Below are positions 13,642-23,591 of a DNA stretch of 64,000 nt, one piece after another. This DNA comes from Gammaproteobacteria bacterium (GTDB lineage Bacteria > Pseudomonadota > Gammaproteobacteria > Arenicellales > JAANXG01), in the NCBI GenBank assembly GCA_024638505.1, contig JAHEKE010000012.1, positions 7,509 through 71,508 of the forward strand. The letters run 5' to 3'. The notes beneath the pieces are model-generated. The model worked only from the letters and a program-made list of their open reading frames with translations, did not search any database and was not told where the DNA came from. The number at the start of each line of letters is the position of its first letter. Positions within the stretch are counted from its first letter, which is position 1. The position numbers were made by a program, and so were the translations under genes.

Positions 13642-14652
13642 ATGGAATTAATCGGGAAAGATACCAATATCGATTTTATCGGCAAGCGCAAGCTGGCGCT
13701 GATTGTATCGTTCACGCTTATTGTGATTGGCATCTTATCCCTGTTCGTCCGCGGCCTGAACTTCGGTATTGAATTCACCGGTGGTACCCTGGTTGAGGTT
13801 GCCTATGATCAACCGGTGCAGATTGCGGAGGTGCGTGCACAGCTGGCTGACGCCGGACAAAATGACGCCGTGGTGCAGTACTTTGGCACCACGCGAGATG
13901 TGTCCATTCGGTTGCCGGCGGCGGACGAAAGCAGCACCGCCCAGATCAGCACGGAAACATTGCAGGCACTGCGGGCGCCGTTTAAAGAGGTTCTGGCGGA
14001 AAAGACTGACGGCGGCGAGCAGCAGTGTATGCGCGATGGGCAGGGACCGGTCGCGTGCAAGGTGCAGATGCGCAGGATCGAGTTTATTGGTCCTCAATTC
14101 GGGGAAGAGCTGGCAGAAAATGGCGGACTCGCAATGTTGGCTGCACTGTTTCTGATCATGCTCTATGTTGCATTTAGATTTGAATGGAAGTTCTCCATTG
14201 GTTCGGTAGCGGCACTTGGCCACGATGTTTTGATTGCGATCGGCATATTTTCGATCTTTCAGCTCGAATTCACTCAGCCTGTGCTGGCTGCTCTTCTCGC
14301 GGTTATCGGTTATTCGCTGAATGACACTATTGTCGTATTTGATCGAATACGCGAGAACTTCAGAAAAATGCGCAAGGGAGCGCCGGTAGAGATAATGAAT
14401 CAATCTATCAACCAGACGCTGCGACGGACAGTGTTGACCTCGGTCACTACGCTTTTGGTTTTGTTTGCGCTATTTTTCCTGGGTGGTGAGGTTATTCGGG
14501 GTTTTGCTGTTGCCCTGATTATTGGTGTAATTATCGGCACCTACTCATCGATATTTGTCGCCAGCCCGATTGTATTGATGCTCGGATTGTCCCGCGAGGA
14601 CATGTTGCTGGTGAAGAAGGAAGGGGCGGACCAAGAGCAGATTCTGCCGTGA
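13642..14652 (+). CDS. secF: Protein translocase subunit SecF
   Basis: 336 aa. GLNFGIEFTGGT, LGHDVLI and GYSLNDTIVVFDRIREN are SecF motifs. It directly follows secD. Confidence 0.95.
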   Translation: MELIGKDTNIDFIGKRKLALIVSFTLIVIGILSLFVRGLNFGIEFTGGTLVEVAYDQPVQIAEVRAQLADAGQNDAVVQYFGTTRDVSIRLPAADESSTAQISTETLQALRAPFKEVLAEKTDGGEQQCMRDGQGPVACKVQMRRIEFIGPQFGEELAENGGLAMLAALFLIMLYVAFRFEWKFSIGSVAALGHDVLIAIGIFSIFQLEFTQPVLAALLAVIGYSLNDTIVVFDRIRENFRKMRKGAPVEIMNQSINQTLRRTVLTSVTTLLVLFALFFLGGEVIRGFAVALIIGVIIGTYSSIFVASPIVLMLGLSREDMLLVKKEGADQEQILP

Positions 14653-14675
14653 CATACACTATTTGAGGAAAAGAG

Positions 14676-15977
14676 ATGTTTACCAAAGACATGAACATTG
14701 CGGAATTCGACGACGAACTATGGGCGGCAATGAGCGCCGAGCAGCGTCGACAGGAAGAGCACATAGAGCTTATTGCTTCAGAGAACTACACCAGCCCCAG
14801 AGTTTTAGAGGCGCAGGGTTCGCTGCTAACCAATAAATATGCCGAGGGATATCCGCGCCGGCGCTATTACGGCGGGTGTGAATTCGTAGATGTGGCGGAA
14901 GAGCTGGCTATCGCACGGGCGAAAGAGCTGTTTGGCGCCGCTTTCGCCAACGTTCAGCCCCATTCGGGATCGCAGGCTAATGCCGCAGTTTATATGGCCC
15001 TGCTCGATGCCGGGGAAACGGTCCTTGGTATGAGCTTAGCCGACGGAGGTCACCTGACCCACGGCGCAAAGGTTAACTTTTCCGGTCGCTTGTACCACTC
15101 GGTGCAGTACGGGCTTGACTACGAGACCGGCGAGATAGATTACAACCAAATGGAGGTCCTGGCGAAAGAGCATAAGCCGAAAATGATCATGACTGGCTTC
15201 AGCGCCTATTCGCGGGTGGTTGACTGGCAGCGTTGCCGGGAAATCGCAGACCGCGTGGGTGCTTTTTTGGTAGCAGACGTGGCGCATGTCGCTGGTCTTA
15301 TTGCGGCCGGATATTACCCCAGCCCAGTGGACATCGCTGACGTCACCACCAGCACCACCCACAAGACTCTGCGCGGCCCGAGAGGGGGCATTATTCTGGC
15401 GAAAAGCAATCCTGAGCTGGAGAAGAAACTCAATGGTAGAGTGTTTCCCGGCATGCAGGGCGGGCCGCTCATGCACGTGATCGCGGCTAAGGCTGTGGCG
15501 TTCAAAGAGGCGCTACAGCCTGAGTTCAAGCAGTATCAGGGTCAGGTAGTGAGCAACGCCAAGGCGCTGGCAGACGCTATTTTGGGCCGTGGTTACAGCA
15601 TCGTGTCTGGTGGAACCGATAATCACCTGTTTCTTGTCGACCTCATTGACAAGGGCATCACCGGGAAAGACGCTGAAGCCGCACTCGGGGAGGCCAATAT
15701 CACGGTGAATAAGAACGCTGTTCCGAATGACCCTCAGTCTCCGTTTGTCACCAGCGGAATCAGGGTAGGAACGCCGGCAATTACCACCCGCGGATTTAAA
15801 GAGAGCGAGTCGGCGAAGCTGGGGCACTGGTTCTGCGACGTGCTGGACAATATCCATAAAGAATCGGTTATCAAGTCGGTTAAGCAGGAAGTGTTGCGCA
15901 TCTGCGCTGACTTTCCGGTATACGAATCCAGTATTGCCAGCCAGAATCAGCAGCTGGCTTCCTCCGGTGCCGGTTAA
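14676..15977 (+). CDS. glyA: Serine hydroxymethyltransferase
   Basis: 433 aa. [30 protein letters not shown], and the PLP-lysine context [15 protein letters not shown]. Confidence 0.97.
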   Translation: MFTKDMNIAEFDDELWAAMSAEQRRQEEHIELIASENYTSPRVLEAQGSLLTNKYAEGYPRRRYYGGCEFVDVAEELAIARAKELFGAAFANVQPHSGSQANAAVYMALLDAGETVLGMSLADGGHLTHGAKVNFSGRLYHSVQYGLDYETGEIDYNQMEVLAKEHKPKMIMTGFSAYSRVVDWQRCREIADRVGAFLVADVAHVAGLIAAGYYPSPVDIADVTTSTTHKTLRGPRGGIILAKSNPELEKKLNGRVFPGMQGGPLMHVIAAKAVAFKEALQPEFKQYQGQVVSNAKALADAILGRGYSIVSGGTDNHLFLVDLIDKGITGKDAEAALGEANITVNKNAVPNDPQSPFVTSGIRVGTPAITTRGFKESESAKLGHWFCDVLDNIHKESVIKSVKQEVLRICADFPVYESSIASQNQQLASSGAG

Positions 15978-15992
15978 ACCAAGTATGCCGTT

Positions 15993-16511
15993 ATGCGATG
16001 CCCCTTCTGCTCATCTGACGATACGCGGGTAGTTGATTCGCGAATTGCTGACGAAGGGGATGCGGTGCGACGTCGCCGGGAGTGCACTCAATGTGAGGAG
16101 CGCTTCACCACGCTCGAACGGGCATCATTAAAAATGCCGTATGTCGTTAAGAGCGACGGTAAAAGAGAGGGCTTTGACGAAGAGAAACTGCGACGGGGTA
16201 TCCGGCGAGCGCTGGAAAAACGTCCGGTAGATATCAATGCTGTCGAGGCAGCGATACACCGCATACAGCATCGATTGTTGACCAGTGGCGATCGTGAAGT
16301 GAATTCCCGAATTGTCGGGGAGTGGGTGATTCAGGAATTGGCTGATCTTGACCAGGTTGCTTATGTACGTTTTGCCTCTGTTTATCGGTCGTTTCAGGAT
16401 GTTGATGAATTCAGCGAAGAGGTGAAGCGGCTGCAAACCCAACCCTCCGCGACTGCCCGACGCCGGCAGATGTCATTGTTACCCAATAGTGACAACAAGC
16501 ATAAACCCTAG
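15993..16511 (+). CDS. nrdR: Transcriptional repressor NrdR
   Basis: 172 aa. The zinc ribbon MRCPFC...[10 protein letters not shown] is followed by an ATP-cone ([20 protein letters not shown]). Confidence 0.95.
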   Translation: MRCPFCSSDDTRVVDSRIADEGDAVRRRRECTQCEERFTTLERASLKMPYVVKSDGKREGFDEEKLRRGIRRALEKRPVDINAVEAAIHRIQHRLLTSGDREVNSRIVGEWVIQELADLDQVAYVRFASVYRSFQDVDEFSEEVKRLQTQPSATARRRQMSLLPNSDNKHKP

Positions 16512-16576
16512 CGGGTGCGCGGCGCGGTAGCGCAGCATAATAAAAGCATTCAACTGCGAATTCCTTCATAAGTTTT

Positions 16577-17671
16577 ATGCGGGCAAAAGACTACGACTAT
16601 ATGAGTCGCGCCCTCAGGCTGGCAGAAAAAGGCCTGTACTCATGCCACCCCAATCCTCGGGTTGGCTGCGTGGTGGTTAAAGACGATGTGGTTGTGGGCG
16701 AAGGGTGGCACGAAAAAGCAGGCCTGCCGCATGCAGAAATACTGGCTTTGCGCGAGGCTGGCGCCGCCGCCAGAGGGGCCAGCGTGTACGTTAACCTCGA
16801 GCCGTGTTGCCATCAGGGACGCACCCCGCCGTGTACTGGCTACCTGATTGACGCAGGGGTGAAAAGAGTGGTTGCCGCAATGGAAGACCCCAACCCGCAG
16901 GTGGCGGGCGGCGGTATTCAGAATCTGCGCAGCGTTGGTATCGACGTTGATGTCGGCGTATTACGGCGGACGGCTGAAAGCATCAATCGAGGATTTATCA
17001 AGCGCATAACCCGCGACCAGCCGTGGGTGACGCTAAAGGTTGCTGCCAGTATGGACGGACGTACCGCAACCGCCGAGGGCGAGAGCAAATGGATTACGAA
17101 TGAGCATGCGCGCAAAGACGTTCATCATTGGCGGGCGAGGAGCAGCGCAGTTTTGACCGGCAGCGGCACCGTGCGCGCTGACGATCCAGCCTTGACGGTG
17201 AGGCATGTCGTAACGCAAAGACAGCCGCTGAGAGTTATTGTTGATAGTAAATTCTCAACACCACTCGACAGTGGGGTTGTGTCGGGACCGGGTCAGGTGC
17301 TGATCGCAACCGCAAATCCCAAGTACGCGCACCATGAGGATGTCGACGTGGAGCACGTGGAAGTGGTATATCTGCCTGATGCTGACCAAACCGTGGATTT
17401 GATTGCGCTGATGCATCACCTGGCGCAGAGAGAAATCAATGAAGTTTTAGTCGAGGCTGGACCAACGCTGAGCGGCGCTCTGCTGCGTGCCGGCCTGGTT
17501 GACGAGGTACTGCTCTATCTGGCGCCGTGCCTGCTGGGAAATCTGGGTAGGGGTATGTTTGACCTCGGCGTACTGGATAAGTTGGCGGATCGATCCGCAT
17601 TTCACATGCGTGATGTTCGTCAGTTTGGCGATAACCTGCGCATCGCCTTACAACCGCTGGTGCATCTTTGA
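16577..17671 (+). CDS. ribD: Bifunctional riboflavin biosynthesis deaminase/reductase RibD
   Basis: 364 aa. Deaminase zinc site HAEILAL...LEPCCHQGRTPPC, reductase part KVAASMDGRTA.... Confidence 0.95.
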   Translation: MRAKDYDYMSRALRLAEKGLYSCHPNPRVGCVVVKDDVVVGEGWHEKAGLPHAEILALREAGAAARGASVYVNLEPCCHQGRTPPCTGYLIDAGVKRVVAAMEDPNPQVAGGGIQNLRSVGIDVDVGVLRRTAESINRGFIKRITRDQPWVTLKVAASMDGRTATAEGESKWITNEHARKDVHHWRARSSAVLTGSGTVRADDPALTVRHVVTQRQPLRVIVDSKFSTPLDSGVVSGPGQVLIATANPKYAHHEDVDVEHVEVVYLPDADQTVDLIALMHHLAQREINEVLVEAGPTLSGALLRAGLVDEVLLYLAPCLLGNLGRGMFDLGVLDKLADRSAFHMRDVRQFGDNLRIALQPLVHL

Positions 17672-18375
17672 TGTTCACCGGCTTGGTTCAAGGCATCGGC
17701 ATTGTACGCCGCTCGCAAATGATCGGACTCGATCTTAAGCTGGCGATTTATACTGACAGCTTTGATGAAAACGTTATCAATGTCGGTGACAGCGTGGCGG
17801 TAGACGGAGTGTGCTTGACGGTGGTTGATAAAGGCAGCGGCTGCCTATGGTTCGATGTTTCAAGGGAGACATTGTCGCGCACGCTACTGGGTTCCAAGGT
17901 GCAGATGGACCGCGTAAATCTGGAACTGGCCCTGTTACCAACCACCCGTATCGGTGGCCATTTCGTTACTGGCCACGTTGATGGCATTGGGCGTCTCGAG
18001 AGCCGGGAGCGTGTGGGTGTGTCTTACCGTCTGATATTCAGGGTGTCCAGCACACTGAGTCGGTTTATCGCCGAAAAGGGATCGATCTGTATCGACGGCG
18101 TAAGCCTGACAGTGAATGCGGTTGGCGCAGATACGTTTGAAGTTAACATTGTGCCCCATACCAACGACGTAACCACGATGGAAGACTATAAGGTCGGCCG
18201 TAAAGTCCACCTGGAAGTCGATGTAGTGGCCCGCTATATAGACAGGTTAATATCTTGCAGCAGTGAAGCAAGCAGGAAACGCGCAGCGGCGAGCGCAGAG
18301 GCGGAGGCGTCTGATGAAATAACGCAGGATTTTCTCTCTAAACAGGGATTTTTCGCCCCCGATCTAGGCGAATGA
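17668..18375 (+). CDS. ribE: Riboflavin synthase (alpha chain)
   Basis: 235 aa starting MFTGLVQGIG. It has the internal duplication (GDSVAVDGVCLTV / GSICIDGVSLTV). Its ATGA-type overlap with ribD suggests translational coupling. Confidence 0.9.
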   Translation: MMFTGLVQGIGIVRRSQMIGLDLKLAIYTDSFDENVINVGDSVAVDGVCLTVVDKGSGCLWFDVSRETLSRTLLGSKVQMDRVNLELALLPTTRIGGHFVTGHVDGIGRLESRERVGVSYRLIFRVSSTLSRFIAEKGSICIDGVSLTVNAVGADTFEVNIVPHTNDVTTMEDYKVGRKVHLEVDVVARYIDRLISCSSEASRKRAAASAEAEASDEITQDFLSKQGFFAPDLGE

Positions 18376-19496
18376 GTAAGCAAACAATGACCTTAAGTCC
18401 CATCCCGGAACTTTTAGAGGACTATCGTCAGGGCAAGATGGTGATCATCACCGATGACGAGGACCGTGAAAATGAGGGAGATTTATTGATAGCAGCGGAA
18501 AAGATTGAACCGCACCATATCAATTTCATGGCGACCAATGCGCGCGGGCTGATATGCCTTACGCTCACCCCAGAACGTTGTGAACAGCTTGGATTGCCTC
18601 TCATGGTTGGACAGAACGCTTCCAGGTTTTCTACAAATTTTACGCTGTCGATTGAAGCGTCAGCCGGGGTAACCACCGGCATATCTGCCGCGGATCGCGC
18701 CACAACGGTGCGTGCGGCAATTCAGCCCGGGGCAAACCCCGCGGACATCATCAGCCCGGGGCATATCTTCCCCGTGATGGCGCAGCCGGGCGGGGTACTA
18801 ACCCGAGCGGGCCATACTGAAGCCGGGGTCGATCTTGCCCGATTGGCGGGATTTGAACCGGCCAGCGTTATCTGCGAGATCCTGAACCGTGACGGCAACA
18901 TGGCGCGCTTATCCGACCTGACCGACTTTGCTCAGCAGCATGGCCTTAAAATCAGCTCTGTTGCTGAATTGATCCGATATCGACTTGAGCATGAGCCAAC
19001 TGTTGTTCGCATCGCAACGTCGAAAATGAACACGCTAGCTGGTGAATTCGATGTGCACATCTACCATGATATCGTCGGCAACGAAACGCACGTCGCGCTG
19101 GTTAAAGGCGAAATCAAGGCGGATGAACCAACCCTGGTTAGGGTGCAGGTTGAATCTGGTATTCTCGACGTATTCCGCGAGCTGCAGCAGGCCGGAACCT
19201 GGTCGGTGAGCGATGCCACCAACCGCCTGAGTGAGGAAGGCAGGGGTGTTCTGGTTATCCTGCGTTACCGGGAAAGCGACGATGAGATTATTAAGCGCTT
19301 TAAGCATGCTGACGTGCAGGGACAGAGCATTGAGTTCCCCTGGCGTGAAGCAGGTGATGACCTGCGCGTGCTGGGAGTAGGCGGGCAGATATTGGCCGAT
19401 ATCGGTGTAGGCAAGATGCGTGTTTTAGGCAGCCCGCGCAAGATGCACGCGCTGTCTGGTTTTGGCCTGGAAATCGTGGACTACGTTAAACGATGA
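18372..19496 (+). CDS. ribB: 3,4-dihydroxy-2-butanone-4-phosphate synthase fused to a degenerate GTP-cyclohydrolase-II-like domain (RibBX type)
   Basis: 374 aa. The N-terminal DHBPS motifs are [11 protein letters not shown] and GHTEAG. The C-terminal RibA-like half lacks the zinc cysteines: [14 protein letters not shown] sits where RibA has VRVHSECxTGD...CDCG. Confidence 0.9.
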   Translation: MSKQTMTLSPIPELLEDYRQGKMVIITDDEDRENEGDLLIAAEKIEPHHINFMATNARGLICLTLTPERCEQLGLPLMVGQNASRFSTNFTLSIEASAGVTTGISAADRATTVRAAIQPGANPADIISPGHIFPVMAQPGGVLTRAGHTEAGVDLARLAGFEPASVICEILNRDGNMARLSDLTDFAQQHGLKISSVAELIRYRLEHEPTVVRIATSKMNTLAGEFDVHIYHDIVGNETHVALVKGEIKADEPTLVRVQVESGILDVFRELQQAGTWSVSDATNRLSEEGRGVLVILRYRESDDEIIKRFKHADVQGQSIEFPWREAGDDLRVLGVGGQILADIGVGKMRVLGSPRKMHALSGFGLEIVDYVKR

Positions 19497-19975
19497 GTAA
19501 AAACTATAGCGTGAAAACTATTGCCGGTGAGTTGAATGTGCGTAACGCACACTTTGCGCTGGTAGTAGGCAGATTCAATAGTTTGATCACTGAACGCTTA
19601 TTGGATGCGGCGATCAAGACGCTGCTGCGACACGGTGTGGAACAATCCCATATTGAAACCATTTGGGTACCCGGTGCTTATGAGCTGCCGCTGGCGGCAA
19701 AGCGCCTCGCCGGCACCGGACGCTGCACCGCTATTATCGCGCTGGGCTGCGTAATCAGGGGGCAAACGCCCCATTTTGACTATGTTGCCGGTGAGTGTGC
19801 GTCCGGACTTGCACGGGTCAGCCTGGACTTCGACATTCCGGTTAGTTTTGGTGTGCTAACGGTTGATACTATTGAGCAGGCAATAGAGCGCGCGGGGACC
19901 AAAGCTGGCAACAAAGGCGAAGATGCAACCCGCGCCGCACTTGAAATGATCAACGTATTGAGGCAGATTGATTAG
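19493..19975 (+). CDS. ribH: 6,7-dimethyl-8-ribityllumazine synthase
   Basis: 160 aa. [38 protein letters not shown] and GNKGEDA. Confidence 0.95.
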   Translation: MSKNYSVKTIAGELNVRNAHFALVVGRFNSLITERLLDAAIKTLLRHGVEQSHIETIWVPGAYELPLAAKRLAGTGRCTAIIALGCVIRGQTPHFDYVAGECASGLARVSLDFDIPVSFGVLTVDTIEQAIERAGTKAGNKGEDATRAALEMINVLRQID

Positions 19976-20019
19976 TCGATACACAAAAACAGAACGGTAA
20001 CCAGCGGCATAACACGCTC

Positions 20020-20472
20020 ATGTCAGGCGGTAGTCGACATTTAGCTCGGCAAGCAGCGGTACAAGCGTTGTACCAATGGGATCTGACGGAACAAGCACCG
20101 GAAGACATTCTCCACCATTTTATCCAAGGTCATGACATGGATGATACCGACCAAGCCTATTTTCATACCTTAGTGTATGAAGTGCCGCTCTACCACCAAG
20201 AATTAAATGCCAGACTGTTGCCGCACATTGACCGCGACCTGGACAGTGTAGACCCGGTGGAAAGAGCAATTCTGCGCATCGGTACTTACGAGTTGGAATA
20301 CAAGCAAGATGTTCCCACCAAGGTAATAATCAACGAAGCGGTGGAATTGGCGAAAACTTTCGGTTCAGACCACAGCTATAAGTTTGTCAACGGCGTCTTG
20401 GACAAGGTGGCCACTGAGCTGCGACCCGCAGGGCGATCACAAAGTACCAGCGTAGAAACGGCGAACGGATAG
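20020..20472 (+). CDS. nusB: Transcription antitermination factor NusB
   Basis: 150 aa. RHLARQAAVQALYQWD, ERAILRIGTYEL and INEAVELAKTFG...FVNGVLDK. Confidence 0.95.
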   Translation: MSGGSRHLARQAAVQALYQWDLTEQAPEDILHHFIQGHDMDDTDQAYFHTLVYEVPLYHQELNARLLPHIDRDLDSVDPVERAILRIGTYELEYKQDVPTKVIINEAVELAKTFGSDHSYKFVNGVLDKVATELRPAGRSQSTSVETANG

Positions 20473-20481
20473 CTTTCCCGT

Positions 20482-21444
20482 TTGGACGAGTTTTCCATTA
20501 TTCGCGAGTATTTTTCGCGCCAGGTCGTACACCGCGATGATGTGATTGTTGGGGTGGGCGATGACGCCGCAATTGTAACTGCACCTCCCGACCTGGATCT
20601 GGTCTGCACCACTGATATGCTGCTGGAGGGAATCCATTTTCCCGATTCGACCGAGGCTTATGCCGTAGGATACAAGGCGCTGGCGGTAAACTTGAGCGAT
20701 CTGGCGGCAATGGGGGCAAGGCCCGCCTGGACCACGCTGCTGCTGTCCATGCCGACGGCTGACCTCGGCTGGATAAAAGGCTTCAGCGCCGGATTTTTTG
20801 CATTGGCTGCCGAGTATCATGTGCAGCTGATAGGGGGTGACTTATCCCGCGGGCCGCTGGTGGTGGGGGTACAGGCGTTGGGGCACGCTGCCAGGCATCA
20901 AGTCATGCTGCGCTCTGCAGCAGTTGTCGGCGACGCTATTTTCGTTTCTGGCCAGCTCGGTGACGCCGCTATGGGCTTACGGGCGGTACAGGGTCGGATG
21001 CGGCTTCCCGCTGAGGTGCGTGATCGGGTTGTTCACCGTCTGGCCTACCCCCAGCCCAGGGTTGATCTGGGGCTCGCCATTGCGGGAATTGCGCATGCGG
21101 CCATAGATGTGTCGGACGGATTATTCAGTGATTTGGGTCATATTGCGGCGAGCAGTGGAGTGGCGGCCCGCATCGGTTTGGATTTGATTCCGATCAGCAG
21201 CGATTTTAGAGAATATGGTGCAGAGCTCGGCTGGCAAACCGCGCTCTGCTCGGGGGACGATTATGAGCTTTGTTTTACCGCGGCGGAAAAGCATACGGCG
21301 CAGATTATCGAGATAGGGCAGGAGCTGAACGTACCGCTGAGCAAGATCGGCTGGATCGAAAAAGGGCAGGGGGTCAAAGCCGTGGCGGCTGATGGGACTG
21401 AATTTGTTCCGCAGCATCAAGGGCACAATCATTTTGCAGCGTAA
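20482..21444 (+). CDS. thiL: Thiamine-monophosphate kinase
   Basis: 320 aa, TTG start. EFSIIREYF, GDDAA, GYKALAVNLSDLAAMGA, GGDLSRG and DVSDGL. Confidence 0.9.
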   Translation: MDEFSIIREYFSRQVVHRDDVIVGVGDDAAIVTAPPDLDLVCTTDMLLEGIHFPDSTEAYAVGYKALAVNLSDLAAMGARPAWTTLLLSMPTADLGWIKGFSAGFFALAAEYHVQLIGGDLSRGPLVVGVQALGHAARHQVMLRSAAVVGDAIFVSGQLGDAAMGLRAVQGRMRLPAEVRDRVVHRLAYPQPRVDLGLAIAGIAHAAIDVSDGLFSDLGHIAASSGVAARIGLDLIPISSDFREYGAELGWQTALCSGDDYELCFTAAEKHTAQIIEIGQELNVPLSKIGWIEKGQGVKAVAADGTEFVPQHQGHNHFAA

Positions 21445-21922
21445 CCGGCTCGAGCTGAGCACACTGCTGCGAAGTCCGTCCCTGGCCATTGCCTGCGGAT
21501 TAGGTGCTGGCCTTGTCCCTGTGCTGCCTGGAACGGTGGGCACCCTCGTCGCTCTGCCGATTTGGTGGGCTTTACTCGATTTAGATTCCGTCCTCTACCT
21601 GGCCGTTGTGGCCTGTGCTTTTATCTTCGGCATTCGGGTATGCGCAGGCGCGGCGGCAACGCTGGGACAGCACGATCCCTCCGCCATCGTGTTCGACGAG
21701 GTTGTAGGCTATCTGCTCGCGCTGCTGGTGGTGCCTGTCACGCTGGGGGCAGTGATTCTCAGCTTTTTTATATTCCGCATCCTGGACGTGCTTAAACCCT
21801 GGCCCATTGGCTGGGTAGATCGACACGTGCGAGGGGGGCTGGGCATTATGCTGGACGACCTGTTAGCCGGTGCTATTACCGCGCTCATCGTGCTTGCTGC
21901 CCGCGGAGTCGGCTTGCTCTGA
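21392..21922 (+). CDS. pgpA: Phosphatidylglycerophosphatase A
   Basis: ACGLGAGLVPVLPGTVGTLVALP, DPSAIVFDEVVG, KPWPIGWVD and GLGIMLDDLLAG are PgpA motifs. The ATG at 21392 overlaps thiL by 53 nt. An in-frame TTG at 21434 is an alternative start giving a more typical length. Confidence 0.85.
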   Translation: MGLNLFRSIKGTIILQRNRLELSTLLRSPSLAIACGLGAGLVPVLPGTVGTLVALPIWWALLDLDSVLYLAVVACAFIFGIRVCAGAAATLGQHDPSAIVFDEVVGYLLALLVVPVTLGAVILSFFIFRILDVLKPWPIGWVDRHVRGGLGIMLDDLLAGAITALIVLAARGVGLL

Positions 21923-21925
21923 GTT

Positions 21926-22624
21926 TTACTGAAGGTTACTGGCCCACGCAGTAGGTTGGCTGTCGCCGGGCTTACTGCAGCTGATAACCTTGACTCCGCT
22001 GGGCGCGTTATTGCATTTGAGGTTTCTATATTTTTGGTAAAGACTCATTACCTTGCGCACGTAGTGCCGGGTTTCGTTGTAGGGTGGAATGCCACCATAC
22101 TTCAGCACGGCATTTTCGCCTGCGTTGTAACCAGCCAAAGCCAGCCGCATGTCGCCATTGAACTGTCGCAGAAGGTCCCGCAGATAGCGACCGCCGGCAA
22201 GAACATTTTGCTGTGGATCGAAAACGCGAGTTACTCCATAGCGCTGCGCGGTTCCCGGCATGAGCTGCATCAACCCCCGGGCGCCTTTGCTAGATAGCGC
22301 AGTGGGATCGAAAGCCGATTCGGCGTGCATAACCGACTTGATCAGCGCGGGGTCAAGCATCACGGAATCAGATACACGCTGGATGAGGCCGTCGAACTCT
22401 GTCGCGCGCGTGCTGACGCGAGGGGATGAAGAATAGACGGGTTCGTCTTCAACAAGGTTGGAGTACACCTTGACTAGCGTGTAACCCGGTTCAAGCCTGG
22501 CGTGGTCGGTAATCAGGCGAGAGCCATCCGGCCGTTGATATACAAAAATATCAGTAGCGGCGGCCGTACGCAGCGGGACAAGCTGCACCATCACGAGCAA
22601 AATCAGTATGCGGAGGAGTAGCAC
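21926..22624 (-). CDS. Lytic transglycosylase (SLT domain) with signal peptide
   Basis: 232 aa. Signal-like MLLLRILILLVMVQLVP, an N-terminal IFVYQRPDGSRLITD segment, then the SLT catalytic region MHAESAFDPTALSSKGARGLMQLMPGTA...AGYNAG. Confidence 0.8.
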   Translation of the reverse strand: MLLLRILILLVMVQLVPLRTAAATDIFVYQRPDGSRLITDHARLEPGYTLVKVYSNLVEDEPVYSSSPRVSTRATEFDGLIQRVSDSVMLDPALIKSVMHAESAFDPTALSSKGARGLMQLMPGTAQRYGVTRVFDPQQNVLAGGRYLRDLLRQFNGDMRLALAGYNAGENAVLKYGGIPPYNETRHYVRKVMSLYQKYRNLKCNNAPSGVKVISCSKPGDSQPTAWASNLQ

Positions 22625-22761
22625 GTTTGACTTTTAATTCGTTTATACTCTTAAAATATAGCCTAAACAGACTGATTTTGCTCTATTTTTTGTTTTTTAT
22701 GTTGTCCTAAACCTCAATTTGGCAAAAGATCCGAACAAATCCACTAAAGGAGGTAACGCGT

Positions 22762-23247
22762 ATGCCGTCGTTTGACGTGGTATCGCAGATTGATTGGGCT
22801 GAAGTTACCAACGCAATCGATCAGGCTAACCGTGAAGTGAACAATCGCTTTGATTTCAAAGGTACGGACGCCCGAGTCGAGCAAAATGGTTCGCAACTGG
22901 TCGTATACGCAGATGATGAGTTCAAGGTGGGGCAGGTGGTCGATATCCTGCACGCCAAATTAGCCAAGCGCAAAGTTGATTTAGGCTGCCTTGCGGCAGA
23001 TACGGTAGAACTTATAGGTGGCAACAAGGCGAGGCAGAACATCACCATGCGCCACGGCATTGAGCAGAGTCTGGCAAAAAAAATAGTGAAGCTGATTAAA
23101 GATTCGAAACTGAAAGCGCAGGCCTCGATCCAGGGTGACCAGGTGCGGGTGGCGGGTAAGAAACGCGATGACTTACAGCAGATTATTGGACTGCTTCGCG
23201 ACAGTAATCTTGGTTTGCCCCTGCAGTATATTAATTTCAGAGATTAG
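22762..23247 (+). CDS. yajQ: YajQ-family nucleotide (c-di-GMP)-binding protein
   Basis: 161 aa. [34 protein letters not shown] is the YajQ N-terminus. A strong SD (AAAGGAGG) lies upstream. Confidence 0.9.
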   Translation: MPSFDVVSQIDWAEVTNAIDQANREVNNRFDFKGTDARVEQNGSQLVVYADDEFKVGQVVDILHAKLAKRKVDLGCLAADTVELIGGNKARQNITMRHGIEQSLAKKIVKLIKDSKLKAQASIQGDQVRVAGKKRDDLQQIIGLLRDSNLGLPLQYINFRD

Positions 23248-23284
23248 GTTAGCCCAGGTGACGACGCCCCGGGGCGCATAAGTG

Positions 23285-23307
23285 TCAAAATTATTTCATA
23301 ATTTTGA
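23285..23307. repeat. Perfect 10-bp inverted repeat with 3-nt spacer (TCAAAATTAT-TTC-ATAATTTTGA)
   Basis: Read directly. The centre lies about 96 nt upstream of the predicted sRNA start, in the AT-rich yajQ-fdxA spacer. Confidence 0.8.
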
Positions 23308-23356
23308 AAATAAGAAAATAAGTTAACACATTGATTACAAAACAATAATAGCGAAC

Positions 23357-23385
23357 TTGTTTTTGATCATGGGCTAGTTTATAGT
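23357..23385 (+). promoter_or_regulatory. Sigma70-like promoter candidate for the GGA-rich sRNA
   Basis: TTGTTT (23357-23362), a 17-nt spacer, then TATAGT (23380-23385). Predicted start near 23392. Confidence 0.4.
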
Positions 23386-23391
23386 GGTGAT

Positions 23392-23560
23392 GCGAAACGG
23401 GATAAAGGACTCGCCTGTCCGGGAAATGAGGACGGGCCTGATGTCGTAAACTAATGAGTGACCATCGTTAAAGCATACAGGGATTCAGGAGTAAGCGTAC
23501 CCGCAACCGGGAACGAATCGCACGCGACAGGGGCGGCCGGATGCCGCCCTTAACTTTTTG
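23392..23560 (+). ncRNA. Candidate Rsm/Csr-family (RsmZ/RsmY/CsrB-like) GGA-rich regulatory sRNA
   Basis: An ORF-free transcript of about 170 nt, bounded by a promoter-like element and an intrinsic terminator. It has eight GGA motifs (23400, 23407, 23422, 23430, 23481, 23488, 23510, 23539), mostly in A(N)GGA context. One sits in the loop of the GCCTGTCC/GGACGGGC hairpin and one in the terminator loop. It lies adjacent to fdxA, as rsmZ does in Pseudomonas. Confidence 0.55.
23531..23560 (+). terminator. Rho-independent terminator of the sRNA
   Basis: GGGCGGC-CGGAT-GCCGCCC (7-bp GC stem, 5-nt loop containing GGA) followed by TTAACTTTTTG. There is no U-tract on the opposite strand. Confidence 0.6.
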
Positions 23561-23591
23561 TGGATAAGCTCTCCGTTGCGGCAACGATGGG

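Noticed and set aside
20027-20034. GGCGGTAG, identical to the core of the ops/JUMPstart element used by RfaH in polysaccharide operons.
   Set aside because: It lies inside the first codons of nusB (MSGGSRH), far from any glycan operon. I saw no ops-like element in the island's promoter spacers (48.7-48.9 kb, 56.6-56.8 kb).
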